Position numbers and translations under genes: made by a program. Source: a plasmid. Taken from it: a stretch of 64,000 bases of DNA. Numbering within the stretch: position 1 is the first letter of the stretch; each line of letters opens with the position of its first letter. Location of the stretch: the sequence record NZ_CP135254.1; one strand, 5' to 3'. Below, piece after piece: positions 40,659-51,802 of the stretch. Below the pieces are notes generated by a model. The model ran no database searches. It was not told the origin of the DNA and was given only the letters and a program-made list of their open reading frames with translations.

Positions 40659-41360
40659 ATGTCCAGATTCATTCTCGGAAACTGTATTGATGTGATGCGC
40701 GGATTCCCCGACCGCGCCGTTGACCTCATTGTGACCGATCCGCCTTACCTGGTCGGTTTTAAGGACCGTTCCGGACGGGCTATTGCCGGGGATGTGACGG
40801 ACGAATGGCTGCAACCGGCCACGCTGGAGATGTACCGCGTCCTCAAAAAAGACGCGCTGATGGTCAGTTTCTATGGCTGGAACCGCGTCGATCGTTTTAT
40901 GGCGGCATGGAAAGCGGCAGGATTCTACGCTGTGGGCCAGATTGTGTTCACCAAAACCTATGCCTCCAACCGCCGTAACGCTAAGGTCAGGCGCGGATTC
41001 GTGGACTACTGCCATGAAGGGGCTTATGTCCTCGCTAAAGGGCGCCCGGTGCCACCCGAAAAACCGCTGCCGGACGTGCTGCCGTTTCCTTATACCGGCA
41101 ATCCGCTGCATCCCACCCAGAAACCGGTGGAGGCTCTGCAACCGCTGATTGAGTCATTCAGCGCCCCGGGGGCGATTGTCCTTGACCCCTTTGCCGGCAG
41201 CGGTTCGACCTGTGTCGCCGCATACCGTGCCGGACGTCGCTATATCGGCATCGAAGTGCTGGCGCAGTACCACAGAGCCGGAGCCGGACGACTGGCCGCC
41301 ATGCACCGGGCCGTTAATACCCCGGCGGCGAACGATGAATGGCTCCCGGAGGCGGCGTGA
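40659..41360 (+). CDS. DNA methyltransferase (N6-A/N4-C, DPPY type), intact leading-region copy
   Basis: DLIVTDPPYL...; SD ACAGGAG before the ATG. Confidence 0.85.
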   Translation: MSRFILGNCIDVMRGFPDRAVDLIVTDPPYLVGFKDRSGRAIAGDVTDEWLQPATLEMYRVLKKDALMVSFYGWNRVDRFMAAWKAAGFYAVGQIVFTKTYASNRRNAKVRRGFVDYCHEGAYVLAKGRPVPPEKPLPDVLPFPYTGNPLHPTQKPVEALQPLIESFSAPGAIVLDPFAGSGSTCVAAYRAGRRYIGIEVLAQYHRAGAGRLAAMHRAVNTPAANDEWLPEAA

Positions 41361-41581
41361 TGAACTACGGCGGACACAAAGCCCTGCGCCGCAACATGGC
41401 CGGGCTGGCCAATAACCTGTGCGACCTGAAAACCACCCTGAAAGTGCTGGAAGAAACGTATCACTACCGGCATGACGAACTGCCGGAGCGACTTGCCGGA
41501 ATAAGCCTGCGGCGTATCAGCGTCCTGATGGATGAGGCATTCAATATCGCCCTGATGCTGGACGAAAGTTTTCAGGACTGA
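41360..41581 (+). CDS. hypothetical protein
   Basis: Start overlaps the methyltransferase stop (ATGA). Confidence 0.45.
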   Translation: MNYGGHKALRRNMAGLANNLCDLKTTLKVLEETYHYRHDELPERLAGISLRRISVLMDEAFNIALMLDESFQD

Positions 41582-41627
41582 CACCCGGGCGGTAAAGCCG
41601 CCCCCACTGGATCACGGAGAAATAACC

Positions 41628-42038
41628 ATGCTGTACGGCACCCGCAAAGAACTGAACAAAAAACTCAAACGCATGTTCGGCAACGAAGAACGTTACGCCC
41701 TGCTGGTCTGGACGAAAGAAGACGTGATGGCCCAGGCCTGGAACATGACGGAGGCCGAGGCTCACACCCTGCTTGAGCTTATCGGCCGCACGGGAACCGG
41801 GGAGCACACCGAAGAAGGCGTGTCATTCCGCACCGTGCAGGCGCTGTACGCCGGGATTCGCCCGGGCATTCCCCGCGTGAGCGTCCCCGTCGATACGCTG
41901 CATCGCATCACGGACATTGCCGCACAGGCGATTAACGGAGAAGACGAGCATTCGCCGTCCCTGACGGTCGATCACTACCCGAGTGTCGCTGACGCTCAGG
42001 CAGAAATCGCCTGGCTGAAACGCGAAATCGCCGCTTAA
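41628..42038 (+). CDS. hypothetical protein
   Basis: 136-aa ORF. Confidence 0.5.
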   Translation: MLYGTRKELNKKLKRMFGNEERYALLVWTKEDVMAQAWNMTEAEAHTLLELIGRTGTGEHTEEGVSFRTVQALYAGIRPGIPRVSVPVDTLHRITDIAAQAINGEDEHSPSLTVDHYPSVADAQAEIAWLKREIAA

Positions 42039-42089
42039 CCCGACCGCCCCGCTGAACGGCGGGGCGATATCACGCGAACTGAGACGACA

Positions 42090-42857
42090 ATGATGAAAAA
42101 TGAAACCCTTAACGCCCTTATCCTGCGCCACGGAGACCGGATGCTGCGTCAGTCTGGCTGGCCCGACGCCATTGATATGGCGCCCGTCGCACCCGGAACC
42201 GTACCCGGCTGGCTCGCCGCCTGCGGCTCTCTCAGCGGTACGCAAATCCTCACGCTGACAGAACAGCTTTGCCAGCCGCTGACGTATGGCCGGGCAGCGT
42301 TGTTGCTCGCCAGCGCCCGGCGGCTGGCGGGAACCCCGGCGCGTCTGCATCTCTTTCCGGTGCAGGCATATCCGCATCCGGAGCGGCTGGCTGACTGTCA
42401 GGTTATCCGCCTGCCTTACGCTCAGGAGTGGCTGACGGCAGCGGAATGTGACGATCTGCTGGCCTTCCTGAAAGCCTCCCTCACGCAGATAACGGAAATC
42501 GTGCGCCGGGATACGAAACGTATTGCTGCCGCGCTGGTGCCGTCCGCCGTCCCGCGCCTGATGGACAGGCGTTTCGGGGACTGGCGGTTGCTGGCCGACG
42601 AGTATGACCATGAAAACTGGCTGGACGCAGGCGAGACCGACAGGCTGGATCAGGTCCTTGATGCCATTCTGGTTCGCAGTGCGCGATTCTGCCCGGTCCT
42701 GCTCACCCTGGTAAATGAGCGGGAGGAAAACATGGAGGGCGCAGGGGTTATTACAGACCTGCTGCGTTTTCCGGGCGATCCGGTTCGCCGCTGGCTTGAT
42801 CGCCGCGTATTGCGGGACGTGGTGAGAGAGGCCCGCGGCGTCAGCGCTCTGGTGTGA
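42090..42857 (+). CDS. hypothetical protein
   Basis: 255-aa ORF. Confidence 0.5.
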   Translation: MMKNETLNALILRHGDRMLRQSGWPDAIDMAPVAPGTVPGWLAACGSLSGTQILTLTEQLCQPLTYGRAALLLASARRLAGTPARLHLFPVQAYPHPERLADCQVIRLPYAQEWLTAAECDDLLAFLKASLTQITEIVRRDTKRIAAALVPSAVPRLMDRRFGDWRLLADEYDHENWLDAGETDRLDQVLDAILVRSARFCPVLLTLVNEREENMEGAGVITDLLRFPGDPVRRWLDRRVLRDVVREARGVSALV

Positions 42858-43295
42858 CAGGCCCTTTCTGTGGGGGAGGGGAAACCTCCCCTTGTCTGCC
42901 TGCCGGCGCAGGAGGAACCGTGCGATAAGGATGTCCCCGTGCCGGCTCCGCGTTTACCCGGCCCGGCCTCCGGGCCTCTGGGATAAAAACCCGCCTCTGT
43001 TATCGCCGTGTCGTGTGCGGGCTGTGCCGTGCCTTCACTTTAGCCCGGCCGCTGCAGATGCAAGGGTGCGCTGACGCCGTCATCCTCGCCCGGTCGCAGT
43101 GTTTTTAATGAGTCTCGCCGTTCTTCCCGTCGTTTTCTCGCTCAGATTTCGCTCCAAAACCGTCCAGACCGGCTTCGCGCTTTATCTGCGCTGCGGCCTC
43201 CGGTGTCGCCCCTGCATCTTCCGCTTTTCGCCGGGCTGTCGTGTCGGCACGGCACCGCCCGGTGTCGCAGTCCATGTGATTACGGAGGTTTTACC

Positions 43296-43724
43296 ATGCA
43301 GTCTGTGAAAGCACGCCCCGTCCTGAATGTTGAAGAGTGTGACCGCCTGTCTTTTATGCCCTACATGTTCGGCAATGATTTTATGCTCGCTGAATTGCAG
43401 GTGTATGCACTGGCAAAAAAATGGATGCCCGAATATGAAGTCGAATTCTGGCACTTTATCCGGCTGCCTGAGGGCGGCGGTTACATGATGCCCGATTGTG
43501 GCCGCGTCCATATGGTCAGCACGGAAAGCTGGTTTGACCGCATTGTGAGCGCCGACGCGGCGGGCATTATTCTGACATCCCTGGCCGTTAACCGTCGTCT
43601 GGCGGCAAATCATGACAGCGGCAACCCGGCCCTGACTCACCTTTACATGCTGCGTGATGCCCAGCTCTGGAATCACATCACCCTTCACCCGGAATGCAAC
43701 GCCATTTACGCCGCGCTGGACTGA
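43296..43724 (+). CDS. klcA: KlcA/ArdB-family antirestriction protein
   Basis: SADAAGIILTSLA and C-terminal AIYAALD match KlcA (LSADAAGIVATL...AIYRAID). Confidence 0.8.
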   Translation: MQSVKARPVLNVEECDRLSFMPYMFGNDFMLAELQVYALAKKWMPEYEVEFWHFIRLPEGGGYMMPDCGRVHMVSTESWFDRIVSADAAGIILTSLAVNRRLAANHDSGNPALTHLYMLRDAQLWNHITLHPECNAIYAALD

Positions 43725-43768
43725 TTAACGACCGGGGCGGCCATGCCGCCCCGCAGGGAGACGAAAAA

Positions 43769-44275
43769 ATGAATTCATCAATTACGGTTCCGGCTGTCTA
43801 TGTGGGTACCTATCACCAGTACAACTGCGGCAGCATTTTCGGCAAATGGTTTGATTTAACCGATTTCGACGACGAAGACGCATTCTATGACGCCTGCCGG
43901 ACGCTGCACGCCGGCGAGGAAGACCCCGAGCTGATGTTTCAGGATATCGAGGGCATTCCGTCACAGTTTGCCTCTGAATCCTCTGTTAAGTGGGCGTTTA
44001 TTGAGGCCTTCCGGCAGGCGCAGGACGACGGGCGCCCCGCCGCGTTTGTGGCCTGGGCAGAGTATACCGGCGAGTGCGACTATGACGCCTTTGATGACGC
44101 GTACTACGGCGAAGCGGAAAGTGAGGAAGATTTTGCTTATGGCTTTGTGGAGGACAACGGCCTGTTAAACGAGGTGCCCGAATCATTGCGCATGTATTTC
44201 GATTATGAGGCATACGCGCGGGATTTATTCAGCAGCGGGTATGTGCTCCATGACGGTTATGTCTTCAGAAACTGA
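43769..44275 (+). CDS. ardA: ArdA antirestriction protein (DNA mimic)
   Basis: PAVYVGTYHQYNCGSIFGKWFDLTDFDDEDAFYDACRTLH...WAEYTGECDYDAFDD signature. Confidence 0.9.
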   Translation: MNSSITVPAVYVGTYHQYNCGSIFGKWFDLTDFDDEDAFYDACRTLHAGEEDPELMFQDIEGIPSQFASESSVKWAFIEAFRQAQDDGRPAAFVAWAEYTGECDYDAFDDAYYGEAESEEDFAYGFVEDNGLLNEVPESLRMYFDYEAYARDLFSSGYVLHDGYVFRN

Positions 44276-44317
44276 ATGATGTCCGGCGGGGAAGCCCGCC
44301 GGTTAAGGAAAATACGT

Positions 44318-44509
44318 ATGAAACTTGCACCACAAAGCCGTGAGATCCTGCGCCAGTACAAAGCCCTGATAAATGCCCGCCGCCGGGATGCCGGGCAGCG
44401 GGAACTGACCACCGCCCAGGTAATGGACGAAATCTGCTATTACATGACCTGTCAGTGTGCCGTCTACATCGGCGGACACTTCATCTTACAGGGCGGTAAA
44501 GGACAGTAA
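44318..44509 (+). CDS. hypothetical small protein
   Basis: ORF with a short RBS spacing. Confidence 0.35.
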   Translation: MKLAPQSREILRQYKALINARRRDAGQRELTTAQVMDEICYYMTCQCAVYIGGHFILQGGKGQ

Positions 44510-44655
44510 TCAGTAAGTTCGATGACAGGCGTCCGGGCCGGAGGGCGCCTGTCTGCCCGCGCCCAAAACCCTGGCAGGCTGCGCCTGCCGGAGAGAAACG
44601 TCGCCGCGCCTCCGGCGCCGCTCGCTCTCTTCTCCGTTCTCAGTCGCTGAAGTCT

Positions 44656-44973
44656 GTGAATGCGCGTATTATCCACAATAGCTTTCTGGAAAACGTTGCA
44701 GGTGCAGATTTGTCAAAATGGAATATCGCCTCATTCTCAAAAGACGAGCAGGATAAAGTCTCTGTCGATAAAGCGGCCGCCGCTGTTGCATGGCAGGAAC
44801 GCATGAACAAGCCTGTTGTTCACGAACTCGTTGAACGGGAGCAGCCTGAACATCTGCGCGAATATTTTCGTGAACGGCTCCGCGTACATCGACTGAACAG
44901 TCAGCAGCTGCCCCGCGCCAATGCGCCCGAATACCAGAAGCCGGAAGACGGTGGCAGTGAGAGTAAGCCTTAA
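44656..44973 (+). CDS. hypothetical protein
   Basis: 105-aa ORF. Confidence 0.4.
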   Translation: MNARIIHNSFLENVAGADLSKWNIASFSKDEQDKVSVDKAAAAVAWQERMNKPVVHELVEREQPEHLREYFRERLRVHRLNSQQLPRANAPEYQKPEDGGSESKP

Positions 44974-44997
44974 TTTTTTTCCCAGGGAGGGACTGCG

Positions 44998-45318
44998 GTG
45001 CGTATGTCTGCTTTATTTGCTCTGACGTCTGTGTTCAGCGCGTTGAATCTTGTATTTATGCCATTCCATCCCGTCATGATGTTATGGGCTTTCGGCCTCT
45101 CTGTCGCCTTCATTATTGTCAATATAATTGCCGACAGACTGCGTCTGTGGTCCGGTATTGCATGGGGAATGGCTGCCGCCGTAATAGTCGCTTTTATGCT
45201 TAACGGCGCACAGCCCGATGAAGAAAACCGGGTACTCATCAGTTCATTCGCATGTATTGTCTCAGCATGGTATGCCGTGATTCAGTTCAGAAAAGAGAAG
45301 AAAGAGTCTCTGTCCTGA
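44998..45318 (+). CDS. hypothetical membrane protein
   Basis: 3 predicted TM segments. Confidence 0.4.
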   Translation: MRMSALFALTSVFSALNLVFMPFHPVMMLWAFGLSVAFIIVNIIADRLRLWSGIAWGMAAAVIVAFMLNGAQPDEENRVLISSFACIVSAWYAVIQFRKEKKESLS

Positions 45319-45384
45319 CCGGTATTCTTTCTGTCTCTGCCTCTTCCGCTGCCTCTTCCTCATTTACTTTTCACACAATCTGCC

Positions 45385-45950
45385 ACAGGGCCACCTTCGG
45401 CTCCCGACCCGCTGGCGCGGTTCAGTCGTCGAGCCACACTCCGCTAACCGCGAAAGGATGCGGTAAGCTCCGCCGAACCCGCCAGGCGGTTTCGGGCTAT
45501 CGCTAGTGTCTGATGTCTGAGGTCAACGGCAGGCTTGCAGCATCCCTGTCAGGATGCGCCGCCCCTTTTACGCGCCGTCACCTGCGCTTTTCGCACCCCG
45601 GCAAACGGCCGCCGGGCTGTAAGGCGCAACGCCGTTTCGCGCCCGCGCGTTTCGTCGTTGCGGCGGGTTCCTGCTCATTCCTTGCCTGGTTTTTTCACCC
45701 CTTTGAGTCCATTCGCCGGGGCTGAGACAAGCACAGTCGCTGTCAGCCGTCCAGGGTAAATGACACGCGGTAAACCGCGCCCTGGACATCTGCCATCGCC
45801 GGTGCTCGTTTACGCCCTTGCGGCGAACGGCTCTCAAACGGGTGAAGGTAACAACCAGGGGGAACAGAGCAGCAGGTCCCCGCAAAACGTCAAAACCGCG
45901 GCCCCGGCAACTCAACGGGTGACGGTTTTTAAAGGCAAAACAACAGAGTA
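45385..45950 (+). repeat. family 2 dispersed repeat copy A (Frpo/ssi-like single-strand promoter element) upstream of ssb
   Basis: ~570 bp; conserved core ...CCACCTTCGGCTCCCGACC...GTCGAGCCACACTCCGCTAACCGCGAAAG...TGTCTGATGTCTGA(G/C)GTCAACGGCAGGCTTGCAGCATCC...; shared with 50610..51195 and 52885..53490. Confidence 0.5.
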
Positions 45951-45962
45951 AGGAGATTCATC

Positions 45963-46520
45963 ATGGCAGCACGTGGCGTTAATAAAGTCATTCTGGTCGG
46001 ACATCTGGGGCAGGACCCGGACGTGCGTTATATGCCCAACGGCGGCGCAGTGGCAAACCTGACGCTGGCCACGTCCGAAACATGGCGTGATAAGCAGACG
46101 GGAGAGATGCGCGAAAACACCGAATGGCACCGTGTTGTCATGTTCGGCAAGCTCGCGGAAGTGGCGGGAGAATACCTGCGTAAAGGCGCGCAGGTCTACA
46201 TCGAGGGCCAGATGCGTACCCGTAGCTGGCAGGACGATACCGGCGCCACGCGCTACGTCACCGAGGTGCTGGTCGGGCAGAGCGGCACCATGCAGATGCT
46301 CGGCGGTCGTCGTGGAACCGGTGAGCCTGAGAGTGCTGCGCCGCAGCAGCCCCCGCAGCCGCAGAGTCCTGCCGCCCCGGCTCAACCTGCTCAGGCCCCG
46401 GCTAAATCCCCGAAAGCGAAGGGCGGTAAAAAAGGCCGTCAGAGCGCCGCCCCGTCTCAGCTTCCTCCCCAGACTTTCCCGGACGATTACCCGCTGACCG
46501 ATGACGATGTGCCCTTTTAA
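45963..46520 (+). CDS. ssb: plasmid single-stranded DNA-binding protein
   Basis: [44 protein letters not shown]...; C-terminal DDDVPF. Confidence 0.95.
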   Translation: MAARGVNKVILVGHLGQDPDVRYMPNGGAVANLTLATSETWRDKQTGEMRENTEWHRVVMFGKLAEVAGEYLRKGAQVYIEGQMRTRSWQDDTGATRYVTEVLVGQSGTMQMLGGRRGTGEPESAAPQQPPQPQSPAAPAQPAQAPAKSPKAKGGKKGRQSAAPSQLPPQTFPDDYPLTDDDVPF

Positions 46521-46887
46521 ACCATGATGAATACGCCCCGCTCAGGCGGGGCAGAAAAGGAGAAACACATGGACCACAACGTTTTGTCCCCCCTTGAATC
46601 CCTGCCGGATGGCACATTCACCCGTAGTCAGGCGCAGGCGGTCGCGGCGCAGTATCAGAATGTGGCGATTGAAGATGACCAGGGGACCCATTTTCGCCTT
46701 GTCGTCCGTCATCAGGATGACGGCAGCATGGTCTGGCGCGTCTGGAATTTTGAACCGGGCGGTGAGTTCCTGATGAACCGTTACATCCGGGACTACGGAG
46801 TACGTAAAACGCAATAAGCCGTAAGAGGTGCCGGACAGGGTGGACTGTCCGGCAGACAGTCATCAATAATCTGAAGGAGTATTAACT

Positions 46888-48888
46888 ATGTCAGTGACCG
46901 AGTCTAAAACAAAAACCCCCGCGAAAACCAGCAAAAAAGCGGTGAAACCTGCCGAATCCGCCGCCCTGAAAGCCGCGCTTGAGGCCGCACAGATTGAGAT
47001 GGTGCCGCTGTCGGCGCTGGTCAAATCCCCGCTTAACGTCCGCACTATCCCGTATCCGCCGGAGAGTGTCCGGGAAATGGCTGACTCCATTCTCGCGGTC
47101 GGCCTCATTCAGAATCTGGTGGTTCATACCCTGCCTGATGGCCTTTCAGGTGTGGCGGCGGGCGGTCGTCGTCTGGCGGCCCTGCAGCTTTTACAGCGCG
47201 AGCAGCGCATCGGTGCCGGGCATCAGGTCATCGTGAAGCGCGTCAGCGACGAACTGGCGGTGGTGGCTTCGATGGTCGAGAACAATAACCGGGTGGCGAT
47301 GCACCCGGCAGAGCAAATCAGCGGTTTCCGCACGCTGTCTGAGCAGGGCAAGACCCCGGCGCAAATCGGGGACCAGCTGGGGTACAGTTCGCGCCACGTC
47401 CAGCGCATGCTGAAGCTCGCCAGCCTTGCCCCGGAACTGATTGCCCTGCTGGCAGAGAACACGCTCGACGTGGAGCAGTGTCAGGCCCTGAGTCTGGAAA
47501 GCGACCCGGCGCGTCAGGTGGAGATTTACCAGCGCGTGAAAGCGCAGCACAGCTACGCCCCCGCTCATATGCTTAAACGCGCCATCACGGACACCGAAAT
47601 ATCGGTTCGCGACGCCCGCTTTGTGTTTGTCGGACGCGAAGCGTATGAGGCCGCAGGGGGCGGGGTGCGCGAGGATCTGTTCAGCGCCCAGGAGGGCGAC
47701 GGAACGGCAGACGGGGTGCTGGTTGAACGTCTGGTACAGGAGAAGCTGGAGTCCGCCGCGCTGACTATTGAGATGCAGGAGGGCTGGTCATGGTCACTGG
47801 CTCGGGAAGGGGCTGTGCGGAACTACGGTGGCGACCGGGAGCATTATCTGGTGCTGCCGGAGCCGGAGGGCGAACTCAGCGCTGACGAGCAGCAGCGCCT
47901 CAATGAACTGTACGCCACGCAGGAAGCCACAGAAACATTTGAGGATGAAGCCGCCATTCAGGTGCTGATTGACGAGATTGAATATGCCGCATCGGTCCGG
48001 GCATGGACACCGGAGCAGAAAGCGGCCTGTGGCGTGGTGGTCAGCCTGTGTGATGGTGAGCTTCGTATCCAGCGCGGTGTGCAGAAGAAGGTGCAGGAGG
48101 TGGTCGCTGACGGACAGGAAAGTACGGGCGCTCAGGCCTCCCTGCATGTGGTCGCCAGCAGTACCCCGGATGTGGCAGAGGGTATCAGTGTGCCGCTTCT
48201 GAAAAAAATGTCCTCCGAAAGAACGCTGGCGGTACAGGCGGAACTGGTCCGGCAGCCACAGAAAGCCGTGGCCCTGATGGTCTGGCGGCTGTGCAGTTGC
48301 GTGTTCCACTACTGTATCACCACCCGGCACCCGTTTGTCCTGCGTCTTGAGGTCCACCACAGCGGCCTCACCAGCGAAGCCCCGACCGGAGAAAACGGTC
48401 AGGCATGGCAGTCTCTGATGCAGGAGAAAGCACGTCTGGAGGCGCTGCTGCCGGAGGGCTGGAAGACGGATTTCACCACCTTCTTTGCCCTCGACGGACA
48501 GACCCTCATGTCGCTGATGGCCTTCTGTACTGCCTGTTCCGTGGATGGTGTCCAGACCCGCGAACACGGACATACCAGCCGCAGTGACCTTGACGGTGTC
48601 GAGGCTGCGCTCGGGTTCCACCTGCGCGACTGGTGGCAGCCAACAGCAGATAACTTCCTCGGGTTACTCAGCAAAAATCAGATTGTGGCGGCGCTGAACG
48701 ACGCCGGACTGACCGGAGCCGCCTCGGATGCTGAAAAAATGAAGAAGGGCGATGCCGCCACTCACGCCGAACAGTGGCTCTCCGGGACCCGATGGGTGCC
48801 GGGATGGATGCAGTCCCCGGATGCCGCAACGCCGGACGATGCACAAACCACACCTGACACTGACGAACCGACTTCCCACGCTGCCTGA
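46888..48888 (+). CDS. ParB-like nuclease-domain protein (leading-region YubM-type)
   Basis: N-terminal ParB/Srx fold (LVKSPLNVRTIPY...GGRRLAALQLL); 666 aa. Confidence 0.8.
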   Translation: MSVTESKTKTPAKTSKKAVKPAESAALKAALEAAQIEMVPLSALVKSPLNVRTIPYPPESVREMADSILAVGLIQNLVVHTLPDGLSGVAAGGRRLAALQLLQREQRIGAGHQVIVKRVSDELAVVASMVENNNRVAMHPAEQISGFRTLSEQGKTPAQIGDQLGYSSRHVQRMLKLASLAPELIALLAENTLDVEQCQALSLESDPARQVEIYQRVKAQHSYAPAHMLKRAITDTEISVRDARFVFVGREAYEAAGGGVREDLFSAQEGDGTADGVLVERLVQEKLESAALTIEMQEGWSWSLAREGAVRNYGGDREHYLVLPEPEGELSADEQQRLNELYATQEATETFEDEAAIQVLIDEIEYAASVRAWTPEQKAACGVVVSLCDGELRIQRGVQKKVQEVVADGQESTGAQASLHVVASSTPDVAEGISVPLLKKMSSERTLAVQAELVRQPQKAVALMVWRLCSCVFHYCITTRHPFVLRLEVHHSGLTSEAPTGENGQAWQSLMQEKARLEALLPEGWKTDFTTFFALDGQTLMSLMAFCTACSVDGVQTREHGHTSRSDLDGVEAALGFHLRDWWQPTADNFLGLLSKNQIVAALNDAGLTGAASDAEKMKKGDAATHAEQWLSGTRWVPGWMQSPDAATPDDAQTTPDTDEPTSHAA

Positions 48889-48928
48889 TAACGGAGACGC
48901 CGCCCTGCGGGGCGGCGATAAGGAGACT

Positions 48929-49363
48929 ATGATGCGCAATGTTATTACCCCCGATGTCCTGAAAACCATGATCCCACAGGAATACGAAGACTGGCGCGAA
49001 GGAGGGGAGGATTTGCGCCGCGAACTGACCCATGCCGTGATGCGTGACCTGAACTGCCCGGATAACTGGGACATGAACGGGGAGTACCGCAGCGAGTTCG
49101 GGGGCTTTTTCCCGGTACAGATCCGCTTCACGCCTTCACACGGTAACTATCATCTCGCCGTGTGCAGTCCCGGTGATATCTCTCCGGCCTGGATGGTGGT
49201 GTTTGTCCCCGCCAGTGGTCGTCCGTTCTCGGTTATCAGCACCCTGTCTGACTGGTCGCCGGAAGCGATCAGCCACACGCTGAGTCTGGTTGCCCGGCTC
49301 GATACCGATGGCTACAGTCAGGCCAGCATCATCAGCATGCTGGTCATGGAGGGCGCGCAGTGA
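48929..49363 (+). CDS. psiB: PsiB (plasmid SOS inhibition protein B)
   Basis: QEYEDWREGGEDLRRELTHAVMRDLNCPDNWDMNGEYRSEFGGFFPVQIRFTP matches PsiB; SD AAGGAG before the ATG. Confidence 0.9.
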   Translation: MMRNVITPDVLKTMIPQEYEDWREGGEDLRRELTHAVMRDLNCPDNWDMNGEYRSEFGGFFPVQIRFTPSHGNYHLAVCSPGDISPAWMVVFVPASGRPFSVISTLSDWSPEAISHTLSLVARLDTDGYSQASIISMLVMEGAQ

Positions 49364-50088
49364 ACGCATCAACAACGTCTCTGGTGACCCTGAAGCCAGC
49401 CCGACAGGCAGCGCTGCAGGCGGTCCTGTCCGTGGAGGAATCCCGCCGTCTCGGTGCGCGTCTGCCCGCCATGCCATACGTGCGCACCTTCCTGCGTCTG
49501 CTGACCGGGAACAGCCGCATGAACACGACCGTGGCACAGCGCATTCCCGGCCTCAACTGGGACCCGAAGCATCGCCTGAGCAGCCTCAAACAGGTGGAGG
49601 AGGCGCTTGATGAACTGATTGCCAGCCACGGGGAGTGCTGCCCGCTGCCGCTGCCGGTGGATGTCCAGGCTGAACTGTTCCCGGAGGTGCTGCACACCCG
49701 GACTGAACGCCGGTTGCAGCGCAGAAACATCGCGTTCACCCGCAGGATGCGCCGGGAAGAACGGACGCTGGCGCATCACTGGCGGCTGCGGCAGAACCTG
49801 CTGGGGCAGGCCGTCACGGAGCTGAACTTTCAGTCCCCGGAGACGGTCAGCAGCTGGTACCGCCGGTGGGCCGAAGAGTTTGACGCGCGCGAGCTGGAGC
49901 CGGCTTTCTGGCACTGGCGGTCGCGGTTTACCTCGCTGGCGTCCCTGGACTGGCTGCGTGACGCGAAGGAACCGCTGTACGGTGTCATTCATGAAATCGG
50001 CTTCATTGTGCGTGACACCCCGGAGGCTGTGCGTCAGGCAGAGCGCTGGCAGGTGCCGAACAAGCTCACAGACCGGAGGCGGGGATGA
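49360..50088 (+). CDS. psiA: PsiA
   Basis: 242 aa immediately after psiB with an overlapping start. Confidence 0.85.
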   Translation: MNASTTSLVTLKPARQAALQAVLSVEESRRLGARLPAMPYVRTFLRLLTGNSRMNTTVAQRIPGLNWDPKHRLSSLKQVEEALDELIASHGECCPLPLPVDVQAELFPEVLHTRTERRLQRRNIAFTRRMRREERTLAHHWRLRQNLLGQAVTELNFQSPETVSSWYRRWAEEFDARELEPAFWHWRSRFTSLASLDWLRDAKEPLYGVIHEIGFIVRDTPEAVRQAERWQVPNKLTDRRRG

Positions 50089-50408
50089 GGTGGCGTTACT
50101 CCCTGCGCTGGAAATTACCATCACCGTGTCCCGGTCCGCATGAACTGGCATCCGAAGTGGTGGAGGCCGGACAGCCTGCGCCCGAATCCATTATGTCGCT
50201 CTGGGTGGCGGGCGCCGGGTATGCGGTGTGCGTGGATTTTCCCGATGAGCGGCAGATTAAGCGCTGGAGCGATGAGCGCAAAGCCGCTGCGCGTCGAAGG
50301 AATCTTGAGCGGCGGGTCAACAAAATAGCGCCTCTGTTTGCTGATGAGCTGATAGATCGGGAGCTTGAGAGGCGACCAGACTATTTCCGGGGAAAATCTC
50401 AGACCTGA
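50085..50408 (+). CDS. hypothetical protein
   Basis: Start overlaps the psiA stop. Confidence 0.4.
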   Translation: MRWRYSLRWKLPSPCPGPHELASEVVEAGQPAPESIMSLWVAGAGYAVCVDFPDERQIKRWSDERKAAARRRNLERRVNKIAPLFADELIDRELERRPDYFRGKSQT

Positions 50409-50609
50409 ATCTGGTTAAGCACGGTTGAGGCGTGCATCGATGTGGAGCCTGCGACATCTGACAGACAAAGTGCACAAAGTCGGATAGAGAGAGGAGCGCT
50501 GACGCGCCCCTCTTTTTCCTGGCACTTCATTATCGCCCTCAAATCCTTTGCCTCTCTGATATTGCTTTCTGACAGCGTGAGTATCGCTGTTTCTTTCTGG
50601 CAGGCCTGA

Positions 50610-51195
50610 CCAGGGGACACCTTCGGCTCCCGACCGCTACGCGTCCGGTCGTCGAGCCACACTCCGCTAACCGCGAAATGACGCGGTAAGCTCCGCCGAA
50701 CCCGCTCGCGGTTTCGGGCCTGCCGGCTAGTGTCTGATGTCTGACGTCAACGGCAGGCTTGCAGCATCCTTGTCAGGATGCGCCGCCCTTTTACGCGCCG
50801 TGACCTGCGCTCCCTGCATCCCGGCAAAAAAAACGCCGGGACGTAAGGCGCAACGCCGTTTCGCTCGTCGCGCCCCGTCGTTGCCGGGGTGCCTGCCCTG
50901 GTGCTCCGTGCGCCTTTCACCGTTTAAGCCCCTTCGCCCGGGAATATCCCGCCACAAACCGCCTGGCTGTCCAGTACCGCTGATGCTCTCCGGCGACATT
51001 TTTTGCCGAAAACCCGACAAATAATGTCGCCTCCGTACCGGACATCTGCACCGGCCCGTGTCTGTTCTTTCCCGTTGCGGCGAAGGTTCTCAAACGGGTG
51101 AGGTTCACAACCCGGAAACAACCGGCAGCCACCCCACGAAACGTCAACACCGCGACGAATGAAACTCAACGGGTGATGTTCTTTAAAAATCAGGA
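50610..51195 (+). repeat. family 2 repeat copy B
   Basis: Aligned to copies A and C. Confidence 0.5.
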
Positions 51196-51203
51196 GGAAA
51201 AAA

Positions 51204-51431
51204 ATGCAGACACAGGCGATGCGTGTTTATCAGATCACATTTACCGGACGCGATGCAAAAGGCGTTATTCCGATGTTTACCCGCGTGAAAGCCATGACCG
51301 GAAAGGGCGCGATTAAGGCGTTTATTGAGCGTTACAAACCTGTTCAGGGCTGGTTTCTGGGCGATCCCGAAGACATTACCGACAACGTGCAAAAGGAGGC
51401 AGAAGAAGCAGAGAGCAAAACGCAGAGATGA
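51204..51431 (+). CDS. hypothetical protein
   Basis: 75 aa; SD AGGAGG. Confidence 0.45.
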   Translation: MQTQAMRVYQITFTGRDAKGVIPMFTRVKAMTGKGAIKAFIERYKPVQGWFLGDPEDITDNVQKEAEEAESKTQR

Positions 51432-51523
51432 AAAAAGCCGGGTAAACCCGGCTTGTTCCACGCCGCAGAAATCGCAGCAACGATTTTTTGCGGCTTCATT
51501 AACTACCAAAGGAAGTTAACTCA

Positions 51524-51754
51524 ATGATCCTTTCTATTGTTTCACCGTCTGACGGCGCTGTAAAGCCCCGCCGTCATTCCCGCATCCCCCGCGTCGATAT
51601 TCCCGCACCGGAAATTGACCCCACGCTCAGGGCATTCGGGCGGCATATCGCAAAAAGCATACGCAAGGGGCGTGGTGTTCACATCCCCGCGATGAAAAAC
51701 GCCGATTTTGGTCAGGTGCTCCGCACCCTCGAACTGACACGCGCATTTAACTAA
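51524..51754 (+). CDS. small hypothetical protein (paralog of 54329..54559)
   Basis: ~70% identical to the 54329 product (AVKPRRH.RI.R.DI.A.EIDP.L.AFGRHIA.SIRKGRGVHIPAM.N..FGQVLRTLEL.RA.N). Confidence 0.5.
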   Translation: MILSIVSPSDGAVKPRRHSRIPRVDIPAPEIDPTLRAFGRHIAKSIRKGRGVHIPAMKNADFGQVLRTLELTRAFN

Positions 51755-51802
51755 CCAGGTGAGCCGCTCCGAAAGGGGCGGCAACAGCAGAAGGAGGACA
51801 TC

